Part shown: positions 1-10,272 of the stretch, in pieces
Position numbering within the stretch: position 1 is the stretch's first letter
How the letters are laid out: each line of letters begins with the position of its first letter
NCBI GenBank assembly: GCA_038231275.1
Contig: JBBRLQ010000025.1
Span: 1 to 64,000 of the forward strand
DNA length: 64,000 nucleotides
Origin: Polyangiales bacterium
GTDB taxonomy: Bacteria > Myxococcota_A > Polyangia > Polyangiales > Polyangiaceae
Direction: 5' to 3'
Translations under genes and position numbers: made by a program
The notes under the pieces: model-generated
The model's input: the letters and a program-made list of their open reading frames with translations, nothing else
The model's database searches: none
What the model was told of the DNA's origin: nothing

Positions 1-1052
1 AGGTCCCGCAGATTGTCGAGCTACGAAAGCTCACCAAGCTCTACAAGAAGCAGCGCAACAAGCTAACGCGCGAGCAGGAGAAGAAGTGGAAGTCGCTCTC
101 CACCGATCTCGGCCGCGGAATTCGCCTGGCCGACAGCGACCGGCTTTGGGTCGCGCACGGCGAGGAGGTCGCGCGCAAGCTCGGCGAGCCGGACGAGGTC
201 GACGACGAGGCGCACAACAAAGAAGCTCCGCCTTCCGAGCCCGATACCGAGGTCGCGCTGGCGCCGGTCGCGGTGGCCATTCCAAAGCTCCCGGTGACGC
301 CGAGCTACCGTAAGTTTCTCGATCGCATGACGGAGACCTTGGCCCACAGCAAGATCGTGAAGAACAAGTTCGTCAAAGCGAACCTGCGCCTGGTGGTGTC
401 GATCGCGCGGCGTTTCAACTACGGACGGATGCCGCTGGCCGACCTGATCCAGGAGGGCAACATCGGCCTCATCAAGGCGGTCGAGCGCTACGACTACCGT
501 CGCGGCTACCGCTTCTCGACCTACGCGTCGTGGTGGATTCGTCACGCCATCAGCCGCGCCTTGGCGGACAAGGGTCGAGCGGTGCGCATCCCCGTCCACA
601 TGCTCGACACGCACAACCGCGTCGCGCGCGCGACGCAGGCCGTCATCGCGCGGACCGGCCGCGATCCGACCCTCGAGGAGCTCGAGAAGGAGACCGGCAT
701 CCCGCAGGAGAAGCTCGACAAGGTGAAGGGCTCCTGGGCGGAGACCCCGTTCTCCCTCGACCGCCCCGTCGGCGACGAGGACGGCCGCAAGTTCATCGAC
801 TTCTTGCAGGACGAGAACATGCTCTCGCCCTACGAGTCGCTCATCTCGCAGAAGTGGGGCGAGGAGGTGCGTCGCTTGCTCGGTACGCTGACGCCGATCG
901 AGTCGCGCATCATTCGCTGGCGCTTCGGCCTCGACGACGAGGACGAGCTCACGCTGAAAGAGATCGGCGACAAGTACAACCTGTCGCGCGAGCGCATTCG
1001 TCAGCTCCAGGAGCAGGCGCTCGGCAAGATCCGCAAGCACATGCGCGAATAG
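1..1052 (+). CDS. Sigma-70 family RNA polymerase sigma factor (RpoD/SigA-like), 5' end outside the window
   Basis: Frame open from position 3; region 2 [45 protein letters not shown]; region 4 [18 protein letters not shown]. Confidence 0.93.
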   Translation, partial: VPQIVELRKLTKLYKKQRNKLTREQEKKWKSLSTDLGRGIRLADSDRLWVAHGEEVARKLGEPDEVDDEAHNKEAPPSEPDTEVALAPVAVAIPKLPVTPSYRKFLDRMTETLAHSKIVKNKFVKANLRLVVSIARRFNYGRMPLADLIQEGNIGLIKAVERYDYRRGYRFSTYASWWIRHAISRALADKGRAVRIPVHMLDTHNRVARATQAVIARTGRDPTLEELEKETGIPQEKLDKVKGSWAETPFSLDRPVGDEDGRKFIDFLQDENMLSPYESLISQKWGEEVRRLLGTLTPIESRIIRWRFGLDDEDELTLKEIGDKYNLSRERIRQLQEQALGKIRKHMRE

Positions 1053-1062
1053 ATTTTCCATC

Positions 1063-1860
1063 GTGGCCTTCTCTCGAGGGGCACCGTTCGTCGCGCTACC
1101 GCTGCTCTTCGCGGCCGGCTGCAACTCGTGCGCGGAGAGGCACGCCCTCGTCGAGGTGCTCGACGCCGCGCCGCCTCCACCGAAGCCCGACCCGCTCTGC
1201 CCCGAAGAGACGGCGCTCGTCACGTATCAGCACGGTCAGATCTGCGTCGACAAGTACGAGGCGGCGCTCGAGGGTCTGCCTGCGTCGCACGCCGTCGACG
1301 CGCTCGACGCGGGACTCCTGCGCGCGATCCCGGCGAAGGGGATCAAGCCGCAGGTGAACGTGAGCATGTACCAGGCGGAGGCCGCCTGTAAGAACGTCGG
1401 CAAGCGCCTCTGCACCGGCGCCGAGTGGATGGCGGCGTGCCGCGGCCCCAAGAACAACGTGTACCCGTACGGCAACGAGTACACGAAGGGGAACTGCAAC
1501 GAAGCACGCCCCAGCCCGATGCACGCGGTCTTCGGTCCGGCGGGCTGGGGTCGCCACGACGATCCGCGCCTGGCGGAGGCCGAGAACACGATCGAGCCTG
1601 GCGGCGCCTTCCCGAAGTGCGTGACCGCGTACGGCAACTACGACATGCACGGCAACGTGCACGAGTGGATCAGCGACGCGGCCAAGCCCTTCGACTGGCG
1701 GTACGGCGTCTTCGTCGGCGGCTACTTCGCGGACGCGCAGGGCAACGGCTTCGGCTGCTTCTACCGGACGACGGCGCACGTGCGCGAGTACCACGACTAC
1801 TCGATCGGATTTCGGTGCTGCAAAGAGCCGAAGCCGGCGCTCGAGCTCGATCTCAAGTAG
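1063..1860 (+). CDS. FGE-sulfatase (SUMF1/EgtB/PvdO) domain lipoprotein
   Basis: Lipobox FAAGC; motifs GKRLCTGAEW, YDMHGNVHEW, IGFRCC. Confidence 0.85.
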   Translation: MAFSRGAPFVALPLLFAAGCNSCAERHALVEVLDAAPPPPKPDPLCPEETALVTYQHGQICVDKYEAALEGLPASHAVDALDAGLLRAIPAKGIKPQVNVSMYQAEAACKNVGKRLCTGAEWMAACRGPKNNVYPYGNEYTKGNCNEARPSPMHAVFGPAGWGRHDDPRLAEAENTIEPGGAFPKCVTAYGNYDMHGNVHEWISDAAKPFDWRYGVFVGGYFADAQGNGFGCFYRTTAHVREYHDYSIGFRCCKEPKPALELDLK

Positions 1861-1885
1861 GTCCTTCGAGCGGCGCGGTTAGGGG

Positions 1886-2332
1886 CTAGGGCAAGTGCGC
1901 GTCGCGTCGCTCGGCCCTGTACCGCGCGCGGTGCTCGTCGTGGCAGGCCTTGCACGCGCGCCGGCAGCCTTCGATGTCGCTCTTTTTGGCCGCGGCGGCG
2001 CCGTCGCGCGCGATCTCGTCCCACTTCGCGTAGGACGGCGGCGCGATCGCCGCGATGTGAACGAAGACCCGTTCGAGGCGCGTCGCGTCACGAGCCGCCA
2101 TCGCGGTTCCGGCGCTCGCCTTCATCCAGGCTTGGAGCGGGCATTCGGGCAGGCCAGGCGCGCCGCACGTCGCGGCCATCGGGATCGCCTCGGAGTCGAG
2201 ATGGCCGACGGCGATCTCGAGGCGCGCCGCGGCCGGCACGCCAGCCGCTACGCCCAGATCATGAGAGCACCCGAGCGACGCTGCGAGCGTGATCGCCACG
2301 GGCCAGAGGGCCGACGAACGACGCCCGATCAT
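1886..2332 (-). CDS. Small c-type cytochrome lipoprotein (C-terminal CxxCH, cytochrome c'-like)
   Basis: ATG at 2332 overlaps the peroxidase stop (ATGA); lipobox ASLGC; CRRACKACH near the C-terminus. Confidence 0.7.
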   Translation of the reverse strand: MIGRRSSALWPVAITLAASLGCSHDLGVAAGVPAAARLEIAVGHLDSEAIPMAATCGAPGLPECPLQAWMKASAGTAMAARDATRLERVFVHIAAIAPPSYAKWDEIARDGAAAAKKSDIEGCRRACKACHDEHRARYRAERRDAHLP

Positions 2333-3426
2333 TGCGCGCCGCCTTTCGCGCCGTAGGGCACCGGCTTCGCGATGTACGCGCTCGGGAGCTCGCCGGTGAG
2401 CGATTCGAGCCAGGCCACGATGGACGAGACCTCGGCGTCCGAGAGCTCGAGGCCAAGCTGGTGCTTGCCCATCATGCGAACTGCGTCGGGGAGCGACTCG
2501 ACCGACCCGTCGTGGAAGTACGGCGCCGTCTTCGCGATGTTGCGGAGGGTGGGCACCTTGAACATCATCGCGTCCTCTTCGGCGCCCGTGACCTTGGCGC
2601 GCCCGCGGTCGTTCTGGTTCGGCCACGGCTCGACGGCGCCGACGCGCTCGAACATCGAGCCTCCGAGGTAAGGACCCGTATGGCAGACCATGCACCCCAC
2701 GTTGAGAAACGTCTTGAGCCCTTCCCGCTCCGCCGCCGTCAGCGCGCTCTTGTCGCCGCGCAGGAACGTGTCCCAACGTCCGGGCGTCAAGAGGCCTCGC
2801 TCGAAGGCGCCGATGGCCTTGCTCGTGTTGTCGAAGGTCACCGAGTCCGCCACGTCGGGGAAAGCTTCACGGAAGGCCGCCTGGTACTCGGGGACCGATT
2901 TCAGGAACGCCACGACCTGCTTGGCGTCCGTCATCGCCATCTCGGCCGGGTTCAGGATCGGGCCCTTGGCTTGCTCCTCCACTGTGGGGGCGCGGCCGTC
3001 CCAGAACTGCGCGAAAAAGCCAGCGGCGTTGTAGACGGTCGGCGCGTTGCGCTCTCCGGTTTGGTTCTTGTGGCCTCTCGAGGTCTTCTGGTGGTCGACG
3101 CCGTACGACGGGAGATCGTGGCAACTGTTGCAGGACAGGTCGGCGTCCTTCGAGAGGCGAACGTCGTAAAAGAGGCGGCGTCCGAGATCGACCTTCGCGA
3201 CCGTCGACGGGTTGGTGCTCGCCTGCGTGTCGGCGATCGGCTGGAAGCGGCGGAGGAGGCGAGGGTTGATCTCGGCCTCCGCGGGCGCGGCGGCTGCGAG
3301 CGGCGCAGGCGCGGGTACAGGTGCGGTCGGGGCCGGCGCCTTGTCCTTGGGGTCGGAGCACGCACCCACCCCGACGAGTGCGGTCATGGCAGCGAGGCTC
3401 ATTGCGGTCCAGACGCGGCGATTCAA
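2329..3426 (-). CDS. ccpA: Di-heme cytochrome c peroxidase (CcpA/MauG family), lipoprotein
   Basis: CNSCH and CMVCH heme motifs, RNAPTVYN, QFWDGRA, FKVPTLRNI..TAPYFHDG; TTG at 3426 follows a GAGGGAG RBS (start uncertain). Confidence 0.9.
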   Translation of the reverse strand: MNRRVWTAMSLAAMTALVGVGACSDPKDKAPAPTAPVPAPAPLAAAAPAEAEINPRLLRRFQPIADTQASTNPSTVAKVDLGRRLFYDVRLSKDADLSCNSCHDLPSYGVDHQKTSRGHKNQTGERNAPTVYNAAGFFAQFWDGRAPTVEEQAKGPILNPAEMAMTDAKQVVAFLKSVPEYQAAFREAFPDVADSVTFDNTSKAIGAFERGLLTPGRWDTFLRGDKSALTAAEREGLKTFLNVGCMVCHTGPYLGGSMFERVGAVEPWPNQNDRGRAKVTGAEEDAMMFKVPTLRNIAKTAPYFHDGSVESLPDAVRMMGKHQLGLELSDAEVSSIVAWLESLTGELPSAYIAKPVPYGAKGGAQ

Positions 3427-3542
3427 TGTGCTCTCCCTCTCGTTCGGCGACGTGGCGACGTCTGATGAACGGTCGCGCGCCGCCAAAGTTGAAGTGCACC
3501 TTCAGTCCCGCCCCTTGGACGCCGTTCTAGCGCTTGACGAGC

Positions 3543-5744
3543 ATGCGATCCTCGACCTCATCGATCCAAAACAAGGTCTTCGGCGTCATCTTCGGGCTGA
3601 CCTTCTCGCTGGTGGCGTTCCTGGCGACCTACTTCCCGGCGCGACAGATCGAGTCCGTGAGACACGGGCTCGAGACTCGCGCCCTCTCCTACGCGACGTT
3701 GCTCTCGAAGGAGACCGAGAGCGCCGTCGCGTTCGACGACCGGGAGACCGCGCGCGAGGTCTTCGCGGCGCTGTCGGAGGACCCAGACGTACGTGCGATT
3801 GCACTCTACAAGTCCGACGGACAGGTGCTGCACGCGCTGGGCGAGCTCTCGCCGAACGGCATCGGTCCTGGCGCCCAGGGAACCGCGCCGCGGTTGGTGC
3901 CGGCGACGGGGGCGATCACGGCGGTCGCCCCCGTGGTGTCCAAAGAGGGGCCGCGCGGCACGCTGCTCCTCGAGATGTCCACGGAGTCGATCGACGTCGA
4001 GAGCGCGCGCATCGGCCGAACGGCCGCCGCCGTGGGGCTGGGCGCGCTCGTAGCGGCGGCGCTGGCGGCGTTCTGGATCGGGCGGTCGCTTGCGCGGCGC
4101 CTCGGGACCATCGCACGCGCGACGCACGCGGTGGCAGCCGGCAACCTCGACGTGTCGCCGATCTCCGACGACTCCGGTGACGAGGTCGGGCAGCTCGCGC
4201 GCTCGTGCAATCGAATGCTCGAGAACTTGCGAGGCCTCGTCCTTCAGATCCGGGAGACGGCGGAGAAGGAGCAGGTCCGCCTCGACGATCTCGTCCGGCT
4301 CCGTACGCAGGAGCTCGATGCTCGCAATCAGGACATGCGCCTGGTGCTCGACCACGTCTCTCAAGGCCTCTTAACGGTGGACTGCGCAGGCACGATTTCT
4401 CCGGAGCACTCGCGCGTGGTCGAGGAGTGGCTCGGCGCTCCGCGCCCTCACGCGACGTTGTGGGAGTATCTCGCGGGCGCGAGCCGTAGCGTCGCGGAGT
4501 GGTTGGAGCTTGGCTGGTCCGACCTCGGCGACGGACCCCTTCCTCTCGCGGTGTCGCTCGATCAGCTCCCGAAAAAGCTCTGCGTCGGCAAGCGCGATCT
4601 CGCGCTGGCGTACACCCCCATCCTCGAAGGCGATCGTCTCCAGAAGGTGCTCGTCGTCGTCTCCGACGTGACGAGCGAGATCGCTCGACAGCGCGCGGAG
4701 GCCGAGCAGCGCGAGACCCTCAACGTCTTCGAGCGCGTCGCCAAGGACCGGGCGGGCTTCGTCGAGTTCGTCACCGACGCGAAGCAGCTAATCGCGCGGA
4801 TCGTCGAGTCGAAGCAGGAAGGCGCGCGGTGCCTCCGCGACGTCCACACCCTGAAGGGCAACTGCGCGATGTTTGGCCTCACCCGCGTCGCCGCGGTCTG
4901 CCACGAGATCGAAGGGCGAATGGTGGGCGGCGGCGGTGCGCCGACCGCGGCGGAGCTCGACGCCCTGGTGCAGCGATGGGAGGAGGTCTCGTCGCGGATC
5001 ACTTCGTTCCTGGCCGAGCCGCGCGGCGATCGGCTGGAGGTCGCAGAACGTGATCGCGTGGCGCACGTGCAGGCCATTCTGAGCGGCACTCCACGCCAAG
5101 AGCTTGCGCGCGCGGTCGCCCGATGGAAGCTGGAGTCGGCGTCCGATCGCCTCGCGCGGCTCGCCCTCCAGGTCGAAGCGACCGCCCAGCGGCTCGGAAA
5201 GTCGGTCGTCGTGACGACCGAAGGAAACGACCTCCGCTTCGACGGCGCCCGATGGAGGAGCTTTTGGGGCGCATTCACGCACGTCATTCGCAACGCGGTG
5301 GACCACGGCGTGGCGAGCGATGACCAGCAGAGCTCGGCGAGCCCCGCACCGGGCAACATCACGCTGCGGACGGCGCGCGAAGGAGACGAGTGGGTCATCT
5401 CGATCGCCGACGACGGACCCGGCATCGACTGGGAGGCCGTGGCCGAACGTGGCCGCGCGCTTGGCCTCCCGACCACCACACACGCCGAGCTGGTCGACAT
5501 CTTGTTCCGCGACGGCGTCTCCACGAGGACGACCGCTACCGAGGTCTCTGGACGCGGCGTAGGGCTCGGAGCGGTTCGTGCCGAGTGCGAGGCCCGTGGG
5601 GGAAAGGTGCTCCTCGCGAGCACCCTTGGCGTCGGAACGACCTTCTTCTTCAGGTTCCCCGCGTCGACGATGTACGACGCGGCGGACGTGGCGCGGGCAC
5701 GCATCTCCGTCGCTCCGCGGCAGGACGTTTCGGCGGCCTCCTAA
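3543..5744 (+). CDS. Membrane sensor kinase: TM-periplasmic-TM-HAMP-(PAS-like)-HPt-CheA-type HATPase, no CheW domain
   Basis: Two hydrophobic segments, HAMP DEVGQLARSCNRM, HPt DVHTLKGN, CheA-type boxes HVIRNAVDHG, IADDGPGID, VSGRGVGL. Confidence 0.85.
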   Translation: MRSSTSSIQNKVFGVIFGLTFSLVAFLATYFPARQIESVRHGLETRALSYATLLSKETESAVAFDDRETAREVFAALSEDPDVRAIALYKSDGQVLHALGELSPNGIGPGAQGTAPRLVPATGAITAVAPVVSKEGPRGTLLLEMSTESIDVESARIGRTAAAVGLGALVAAALAAFWIGRSLARRLGTIARATHAVAAGNLDVSPISDDSGDEVGQLARSCNRMLENLRGLVLQIRETAEKEQVRLDDLVRLRTQELDARNQDMRLVLDHVSQGLLTVDCAGTISPEHSRVVEEWLGAPRPHATLWEYLAGASRSVAEWLELGWSDLGDGPLPLAVSLDQLPKKLCVGKRDLALAYTPILEGDRLQKVLVVVSDVTSEIARQRAEAEQRETLNVFERVAKDRAGFVEFVTDAKQLIARIVESKQEGARCLRDVHTLKGNCAMFGLTRVAAVCHEIEGRMVGGGGAPTAAELDALVQRWEEVSSRITSFLAEPRGDRLEVAERDRVAHVQAILSGTPRQELARAVARWKLESASDRLARLALQVEATAQRLGKSVVVTTEGNDLRFDGARWRSFWGAFTHVIRNAVDHGVASDDQQSSASPAPGNITLRTAREGDEWVISIADDGPGIDWEAVAERGRALGLPTTTHAELVDILFRDGVSTRTTATEVSGRGVGLGAVRAECEARGGKVLLASTLGVGTTFFFRFPASTMYDAADVARARISVAPRQDVSAAS

Positions 5745-5789
5745 ACGCACGCGGTCTTTGGCCGTTCACATTGGGGTAGGGGAGAACAC

Positions 5790-6170
5790 ATGCTGGCCGA
5801 TGGCACGATCAAGAGAGTCCTGGTGATCGACGACTCGCGCATCGCGCGCCAACAGGTCATCAACGCATTGAAGGGCGCCTACTTCGAGGTCGTCGAGGCA
5901 GTCGACGGGAGCGACGGCATCCAGAAGCTGGACGCCGACCCCGAGCTCTGCCTGGTCATCTGCGACGTCAACATGCCCCGGATGAGCGGAATCGAGGTGC
6001 TCGCCACGCTTCGCGGGCGCACGAAGGCGCCGCCGCCGTTTCTGATGTTGACCAGCGAGGCGCAGCCCGAGCTCATCGCCGAGGCGAAGAGGCAAGGCGC
6101 GGCCGCGTGGATGCTGAAACCCTTCAAACCCGAGCACCTCATCGCCGCGGCGACGAAGCTCGCGGTGTAG
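5790..6170 (+). CDS. Single-domain response regulator (CheY-like)
   Basis: VLVIDDS, ICDVNMPRMSG, MLTSE, WMLKPF. Confidence 0.92.
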   Translation: MLADGTIKRVLVIDDSRIARQQVINALKGAYFEVVEAVDGSDGIQKLDADPELCLVICDVNMPRMSGIEVLATLRGRTKAPPPFLMLTSEAQPELIAEAKRQGAAAWMLKPFKPEHLIAAATKLAV

Positions 6171-6214
6171 GAGGTTCCCGTGGACGCGCTGCTCGATGAG
6201 GCGAGGGGGGGCCT

Positions 6215-7231
6215 ATGAGGGTTCTCGTCGTCGAGGACGATCCGACGGTCGCCAAGCTCTTCGCGAGCGTATTGGCGAAGGTGGGGCACGACGTGTGCGT
6301 GGTCTTCGACGGCCCGAGCGCGCTCGAGCGCGTCAGCATCGAGGACTTCGACGCGGTCGTCTGTGACTGGATGCTGCCGACCCTCGACGGAACGACCGTC
6401 GTCCGAGAGGTGCGGAAGCGCCCCGGCCGGCAGCCCGCCTTCGTGCTCACGTCCGGTGCGCTCGGCGCCGTGGTCCGCGCGCACGCGTCGAGGGCCGGTG
6501 CGGACGAATTCCTCCCGAAGCCGCTGACCGCCGCGAGCATCGTCGCGGCGGTGAACAGCGCCGTGGACAAGCGGGCGAAGGCCAAGGCACCGGCACACCC
6601 GATCGTCGCCACCGCGGCGTGGACAGGGCTCGCCTCGCTCCTCGCCGCGAAGCTCCAGGAGTGCACGGGGCTCGCCTTCGCTCCCGAGCCCGCCGGAGAG
6701 ACCCCGGTGCGCCACCGCGCGTCGCTCTCCATGCTCGACGTCGCGCGCGACACGGACCTGTGCGTCGCGCTCTTCGCGGAGCACGATACGGGCCTCGCGC
6801 TCACGAAGGCGATCCTCGGGACGGAGGCCGCGAGCGACGCGGAGGTCGCCGAGGTCCTCGCCGAGCTCTGCAACAATGCGTGTGGGATGCTGAAGACGGC
6901 GACGCGCGGCGATGGGTTCGCCTTCACCCTCGGGCTCCCGACGTTCGATGCTCCCGCGCCCCGCGAGCTCGAGAGCACGCTCCTCGTCTCCCAGCGCTGC
7001 GCGCTCCGCGCCGGCGACCTCCGCCTCGACGCGGTGATCGGCGTGCATTCCTCGATGATTCGTTCGATCGCGACCGCGCACCTCGACGAGTCGATGGTGC
7101 TCGCCGAGGACGTCCACAACGAGACGGGGCTCCTGGTCGCCGCCAAGGGCCTGCGCCTCACCTCCGTGACGGCGGAGCGAATCGCCCGCCACGCGCCGCG
7201 GCGCTTCGTTCGCGTGTGCTCCTTCGGATAG
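6215..7231 (+). CDS. Response regulator with REC, CheX/CheC-like phosphatase domain and small C-terminal domain (copy 1)
   Basis: REC VLVVEDD/CDWMLP/FLPKP; CheX-type ExxN motif AELCNNACGMLK; paralog of 10273..11325. Confidence 0.8.
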   Translation: MRVLVVEDDPTVAKLFASVLAKVGHDVCVVFDGPSALERVSIEDFDAVVCDWMLPTLDGTTVVREVRKRPGRQPAFVLTSGALGAVVRAHASRAGADEFLPKPLTAASIVAAVNSAVDKRAKAKAPAHPIVATAAWTGLASLLAAKLQECTGLAFAPEPAGETPVRHRASLSMLDVARDTDLCVALFAEHDTGLALTKAILGTEAASDAEVAEVLAELCNNACGMLKTATRGDGFAFTLGLPTFDAPAPRELESTLLVSQRCALRAGDLRLDAVIGVHSSMIRSIATAHLDESMVLAEDVHNETGLLVAAKGLRLTSVTAERIARHAPRRFVRVCSFG

Positions 7232-7237
7232 GAGCGC

Positions 7238-8752
7238 TCACTTCTCCGCGCGGTCGGCGAGCTTGTCGACCAGCTTGTCGATGTACGGGCGCGCGTTGCC
7301 GGGCGACGCCTTGTTCACGAGGATCGAAAACGCGATCGTCCCCTTCCCGTTCGAACCGAGCACGTACCCGCTGAGGGCCACGGCGTCCTCGAGCGTGCCG
7401 GTCTTCGCGCGGATGACGCGCTCCTGGCGGTGCTCGCGGAAGCGCTTGTGGAGCGTGCCGTCGACGCCGCCGATCGCGAGCTGCGCGAGGTACTCCGGCT
7501 GGATCGCCGGGTCCTTGTAACATGCACGCAACAGCTGAACGACGCCGGCGGCGCTCGTCCGGTTGGCGTCGAAGAGGCCCGAGCCGTTCTTGATGACGAG
7601 CCCGGCGTCGGCAGCTCCGATCTTCTGCGCCCACTTGGTGACGAGCTCCGCCGCTTCGGCGCTCTTGGCGGGGCGCTGCTTCACCTCGCCGGCGAGCGAT
7701 TTGAAGATCATCTCGGCGTAGAAATTGTCGCTGTGCTTGCCGACCTCGTAGAGGAGCGTGGAGAGCGGCGACGACTCGTGGCGGGCGATCGTCGTCCCCT
7801 TGGCGTGGCCGGCCTTCACGTCGCCGCTGAATTTGACGTCGAGCTTGTCGAGGAGGTGCTTGAGGACGTACCCGCCGAGGAGCGTCGGATCCTCGACGCG
7901 GCGCGTGTAGCGCACGAGCTTCGCGTCGCTGCCCACGGTCCCCGAGAGCTTCGCCGCCATCCGCGTGCCGCTCGGCGTCAGCGCGAGAATGACGTTGTCC
8001 GCGCCCTCGTCGCCCGTCTTGACACTGCCTTCGACGTCGACGAACCCGGGCGGATCGAACCACGCGTTCGCGGTCTGGTCGAGCGACGTCGGGCGAACCG
8101 TGAGGGTCACCGTGTTCTCGTTGATCGCCAAGGCGCTCACCGGCGCGCGGAAGGCCGCCCACTCGTTCGGCTGCTGGTCGAAGGCGGGCGGCGTCGTCTG
8201 ATCGTCGTGGAAGCGCTGGTCGACGAGGATGTCCCCCTCGACCTTGCGGACGCCGTGCGCGCGCATCTCCTGGACCATCGCGAAGAGGTCCTCGGTCTGG
8301 AGCGACGGATCGCCGTGGCCGCGCAGGGTGAGGTTCGAGACGCTGGTGCCCTTCACGGTGCCGGAGAGCGTCGTCTCGTAGCGGTGGTCGCCGTGGAGGA
8401 GGGCGAGCGCGGCGCCTGCAGTGAAAAGCTTTGCGTTCGAGGCGGGATTCAACGCAAGGTGCTCGTCGTGGACCGCGAGGTAGCGTCCGGTGTCGACGTC
8501 GAGGATGGCCACCGAAGCGGTCGCGTCTTTGAGGTTCGCGACGAGGCTCCGAACGAGCTGCTCGATCTCGGGGTTGCGCCCCTCCGGGGAGGTCGTGAGC
8601 GCAGGCCCGCCGGACGCGCCAGCTGCGCCAGCGCCGCCAGTGCCTGGGCCGGAGGACGCGGATGCGGACGCGGGGACTTGCGGCTCGGTCGACGCGTCGG
8701 CCGCGACGAGGAGCACCGTGAGGGCGAGCGGGAGCGCGCGACGTCGGAACAT
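7238..8752 (-). CDS. dacB: D-alanyl-D-alanine carboxypeptidase/endopeptidase (PBP4, peptidase S13)
   Basis: PASNAK (SxxK), SDNFYAE (SxN), AKTGTL (KTG), NGSGL; ATG 8752 begins a signal peptide. Confidence 0.93.
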   Translation of the reverse strand: MFRRRALPLALTVLLVAADASTEPQVPASASASSGPGTGGAGAAGASGGPALTTSPEGRNPEIEQLVRSLVANLKDATASVAILDVDTGRYLAVHDEHLALNPASNAKLFTAGAALALLHGDHRYETTLSGTVKGTSVSNLTLRGHGDPSLQTEDLFAMVQEMRAHGVRKVEGDILVDQRFHDDQTTPPAFDQQPNEWAAFRAPVSALAINENTVTLTVRPTSLDQTANAWFDPPGFVDVEGSVKTGDEGADNVILALTPSGTRMAAKLSGTVGSDAKLVRYTRRVEDPTLLGGYVLKHLLDKLDVKFSGDVKAGHAKGTTIARHESSPLSTLLYEVGKHSDNFYAEMIFKSLAGEVKQRPAKSAEAAELVTKWAQKIGAADAGLVIKNGSGLFDANRTSAAGVVQLLRACYKDPAIQPEYLAQLAIGGVDGTLHKRFREHRQERVIRAKTGTLEDAVALSGYVLGSNGKGTIAFSILVNKASPGNARPYIDKLVDKLADRAEK

Positions 8753-8782
8753 GAGCACTCCTCTAGTAAGACGCCTGGCACC

Positions 8783-10252
8783 GTTCGCAAAGTCCTTCTT
8801 TTCGCCGCCCTTTTGCTTGCAGGATGCACGCGTTCCGACGGCGCGGCGACGGCGCGGCCGATCGAGATGCTGGTCTCGACGGACATCGAGACGCTCGACC
8901 CACGGCACGCGACCGACGCCGTCTCGCTCCGGGCCACGCGCCTCCTGCACGCCGGGCTCGTGCGCTGCGATCCCGACACCCTGGCGCCCGTGCCGTACGC
9001 CGCGAAGGGATGGGCGTGGCAAGGACCGCAGACGCTCCGCGTCGAGCTGCGCGACGACGTGACGTTCCGATCCGGCAAGAAGCTGACGCCGGCCGACGTG
9101 GTGGCGACGCTGCGCGCGTTTGCGTCGAAAGAGATCGGGTCGCGCCACGGGCGGGTGGTGGAGGCGATCGAGGAAGCGCGCGAAGACGGCCCGGCCGCGG
9201 TGGTCATCACCCTGAAGCGTCCGCACGCCACGTTGCTCACCGATCTCGAGCTCCCGATCCTCCGCGCCGACGAGGCGATGAGCGCGCCGCGGCCGAACGG
9301 CGATCTCGATGGGCTCGGTCCGTACGGCGTCGTTCACTTTACGCGCGGCGAGCTCGAGCTCGTCCCTCGCGCGGGGTCACCGCTGCACACGCCAGCGCGC
9401 GCGCTCCGGCTTCGCGCCGTTCACGACGAGAACGCGCGCGCGCTGCGCCTGCATGCGGGGAAGGCCGACGTCGCGCTGAACGTGCTCTCCCCGACTCTTC
9501 TGCCGGCGATGGAGACCGAGGCGCTCCACGTCACGTCGCGGCCGGGCGCGAACCTGACGTACCTCGTCATGCGCGCCGATCGCGGAGCGCTCGCCGATCC
9601 GGAGGTGCGGCGCGCGCTCTCGTTCGCGATCGATCGCGCGCTCATCGCGCGGACCATGCTCGCCGGTCGCGCGCAGCCGGCCGCGGCGCTGGTGGCCCCG
9701 ACGCACTGGGCCCACACCGACATGCCCGCGTTCGCATACGACGTCGCCGAGGCGCGGCGCGTGCTCGGACCCAAGCGGCTTCACCTCTCGCTGGTGACGT
9801 CCACGGATCGCCTGCGCGGCGCCATCGCGCGCGCGATCGCGCAGGAGCTCGGCGACGCGGGGGTCGAGGTCGAAGTGACGCCCCTCGAGCTGGGGACGAT
9901 GCTCGCGCGCTTGGGGGCCGGCGACTTCGAGATGGCGACGATGCAGCTCCCCGAGATGACGGAGCCGAACGTGCTGCGCGTTTTCTTGCATAGTGCAAGC
10001 ATCCCCCCGGCCGGAGCGAACCGCGGACGGGTTCGGGACGCGGAGGTCGACCGGCTGCTCGACCTCGGCGACGCCGTGACCGACCGCTACGCGCGCCGCG
10101 CGATCTACGCGGAGCTCGAGGCACGCGTCCGGGAGATGGGATGGATTCTGCCGCTATGGCACGAGGACCAAGTGGCCGTCACGAGCGTGCGTGCGCGGGG
10201 GTTCGTGCCGAGCGCGGAAGGTCGTTGGCTCGGGCTCGCCGCGCTGCCGTGA
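8783..10252 (+). CDS. ABC transporter substrate-binding protein, family 5 (peptide/nickel), lipoprotein; start uncertain
   Basis: TLDP, LRDDVTFRSGKKLTPADV, GLGPY, EVRRALSFAIDR; lipobox LLAGC preceded by GTT rather than a canonical start. Confidence 0.85.
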   Translation, partial: VRKVLLFAALLLAGCTRSDGAATARPIEMLVSTDIETLDPRHATDAVSLRATRLLHAGLVRCDPDTLAPVPYAAKGWAWQGPQTLRVELRDDVTFRSGKKLTPADVVATLRAFASKEIGSRHGRVVEAIEEAREDGPAAVVITLKRPHATLLTDLELPILRADEAMSAPRPNGDLDGLGPYGVVHFTRGELELVPRAGSPLHTPARALRLRAVHDENARALRLHAGKADVALNVLSPTLLPAMETEALHVTSRPGANLTYLVMRADRGALADPEVRRALSFAIDRALIARTMLAGRAQPAAALVAPTHWAHTDMPAFAYDVAEARRVLGPKRLHLSLVTSTDRLRGAIARAIAQELGDAGVEVEVTPLELGTMLARLGAGDFEMATMQLPEMTEPNVLRVFLHSASIPPAGANRGRVRDAEVDRLLDLGDAVTDRYARRAIYAELEARVREMGWILPLWHEDQVAVTSVRARGFVPSAEGRWLGLAALP

Positions 10253-10272
10253 TCCCCGCGAGGCGAGCGACC

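Noticed and set aside
7430..9337. Apparent long overlap or fusion of dacB and the ABC binding protein (699-aa and 940-aa ORFs)
   Set aside because: Each N-terminal extension is the antisense shadow of the other gene; real starts are near 8752 and 8783
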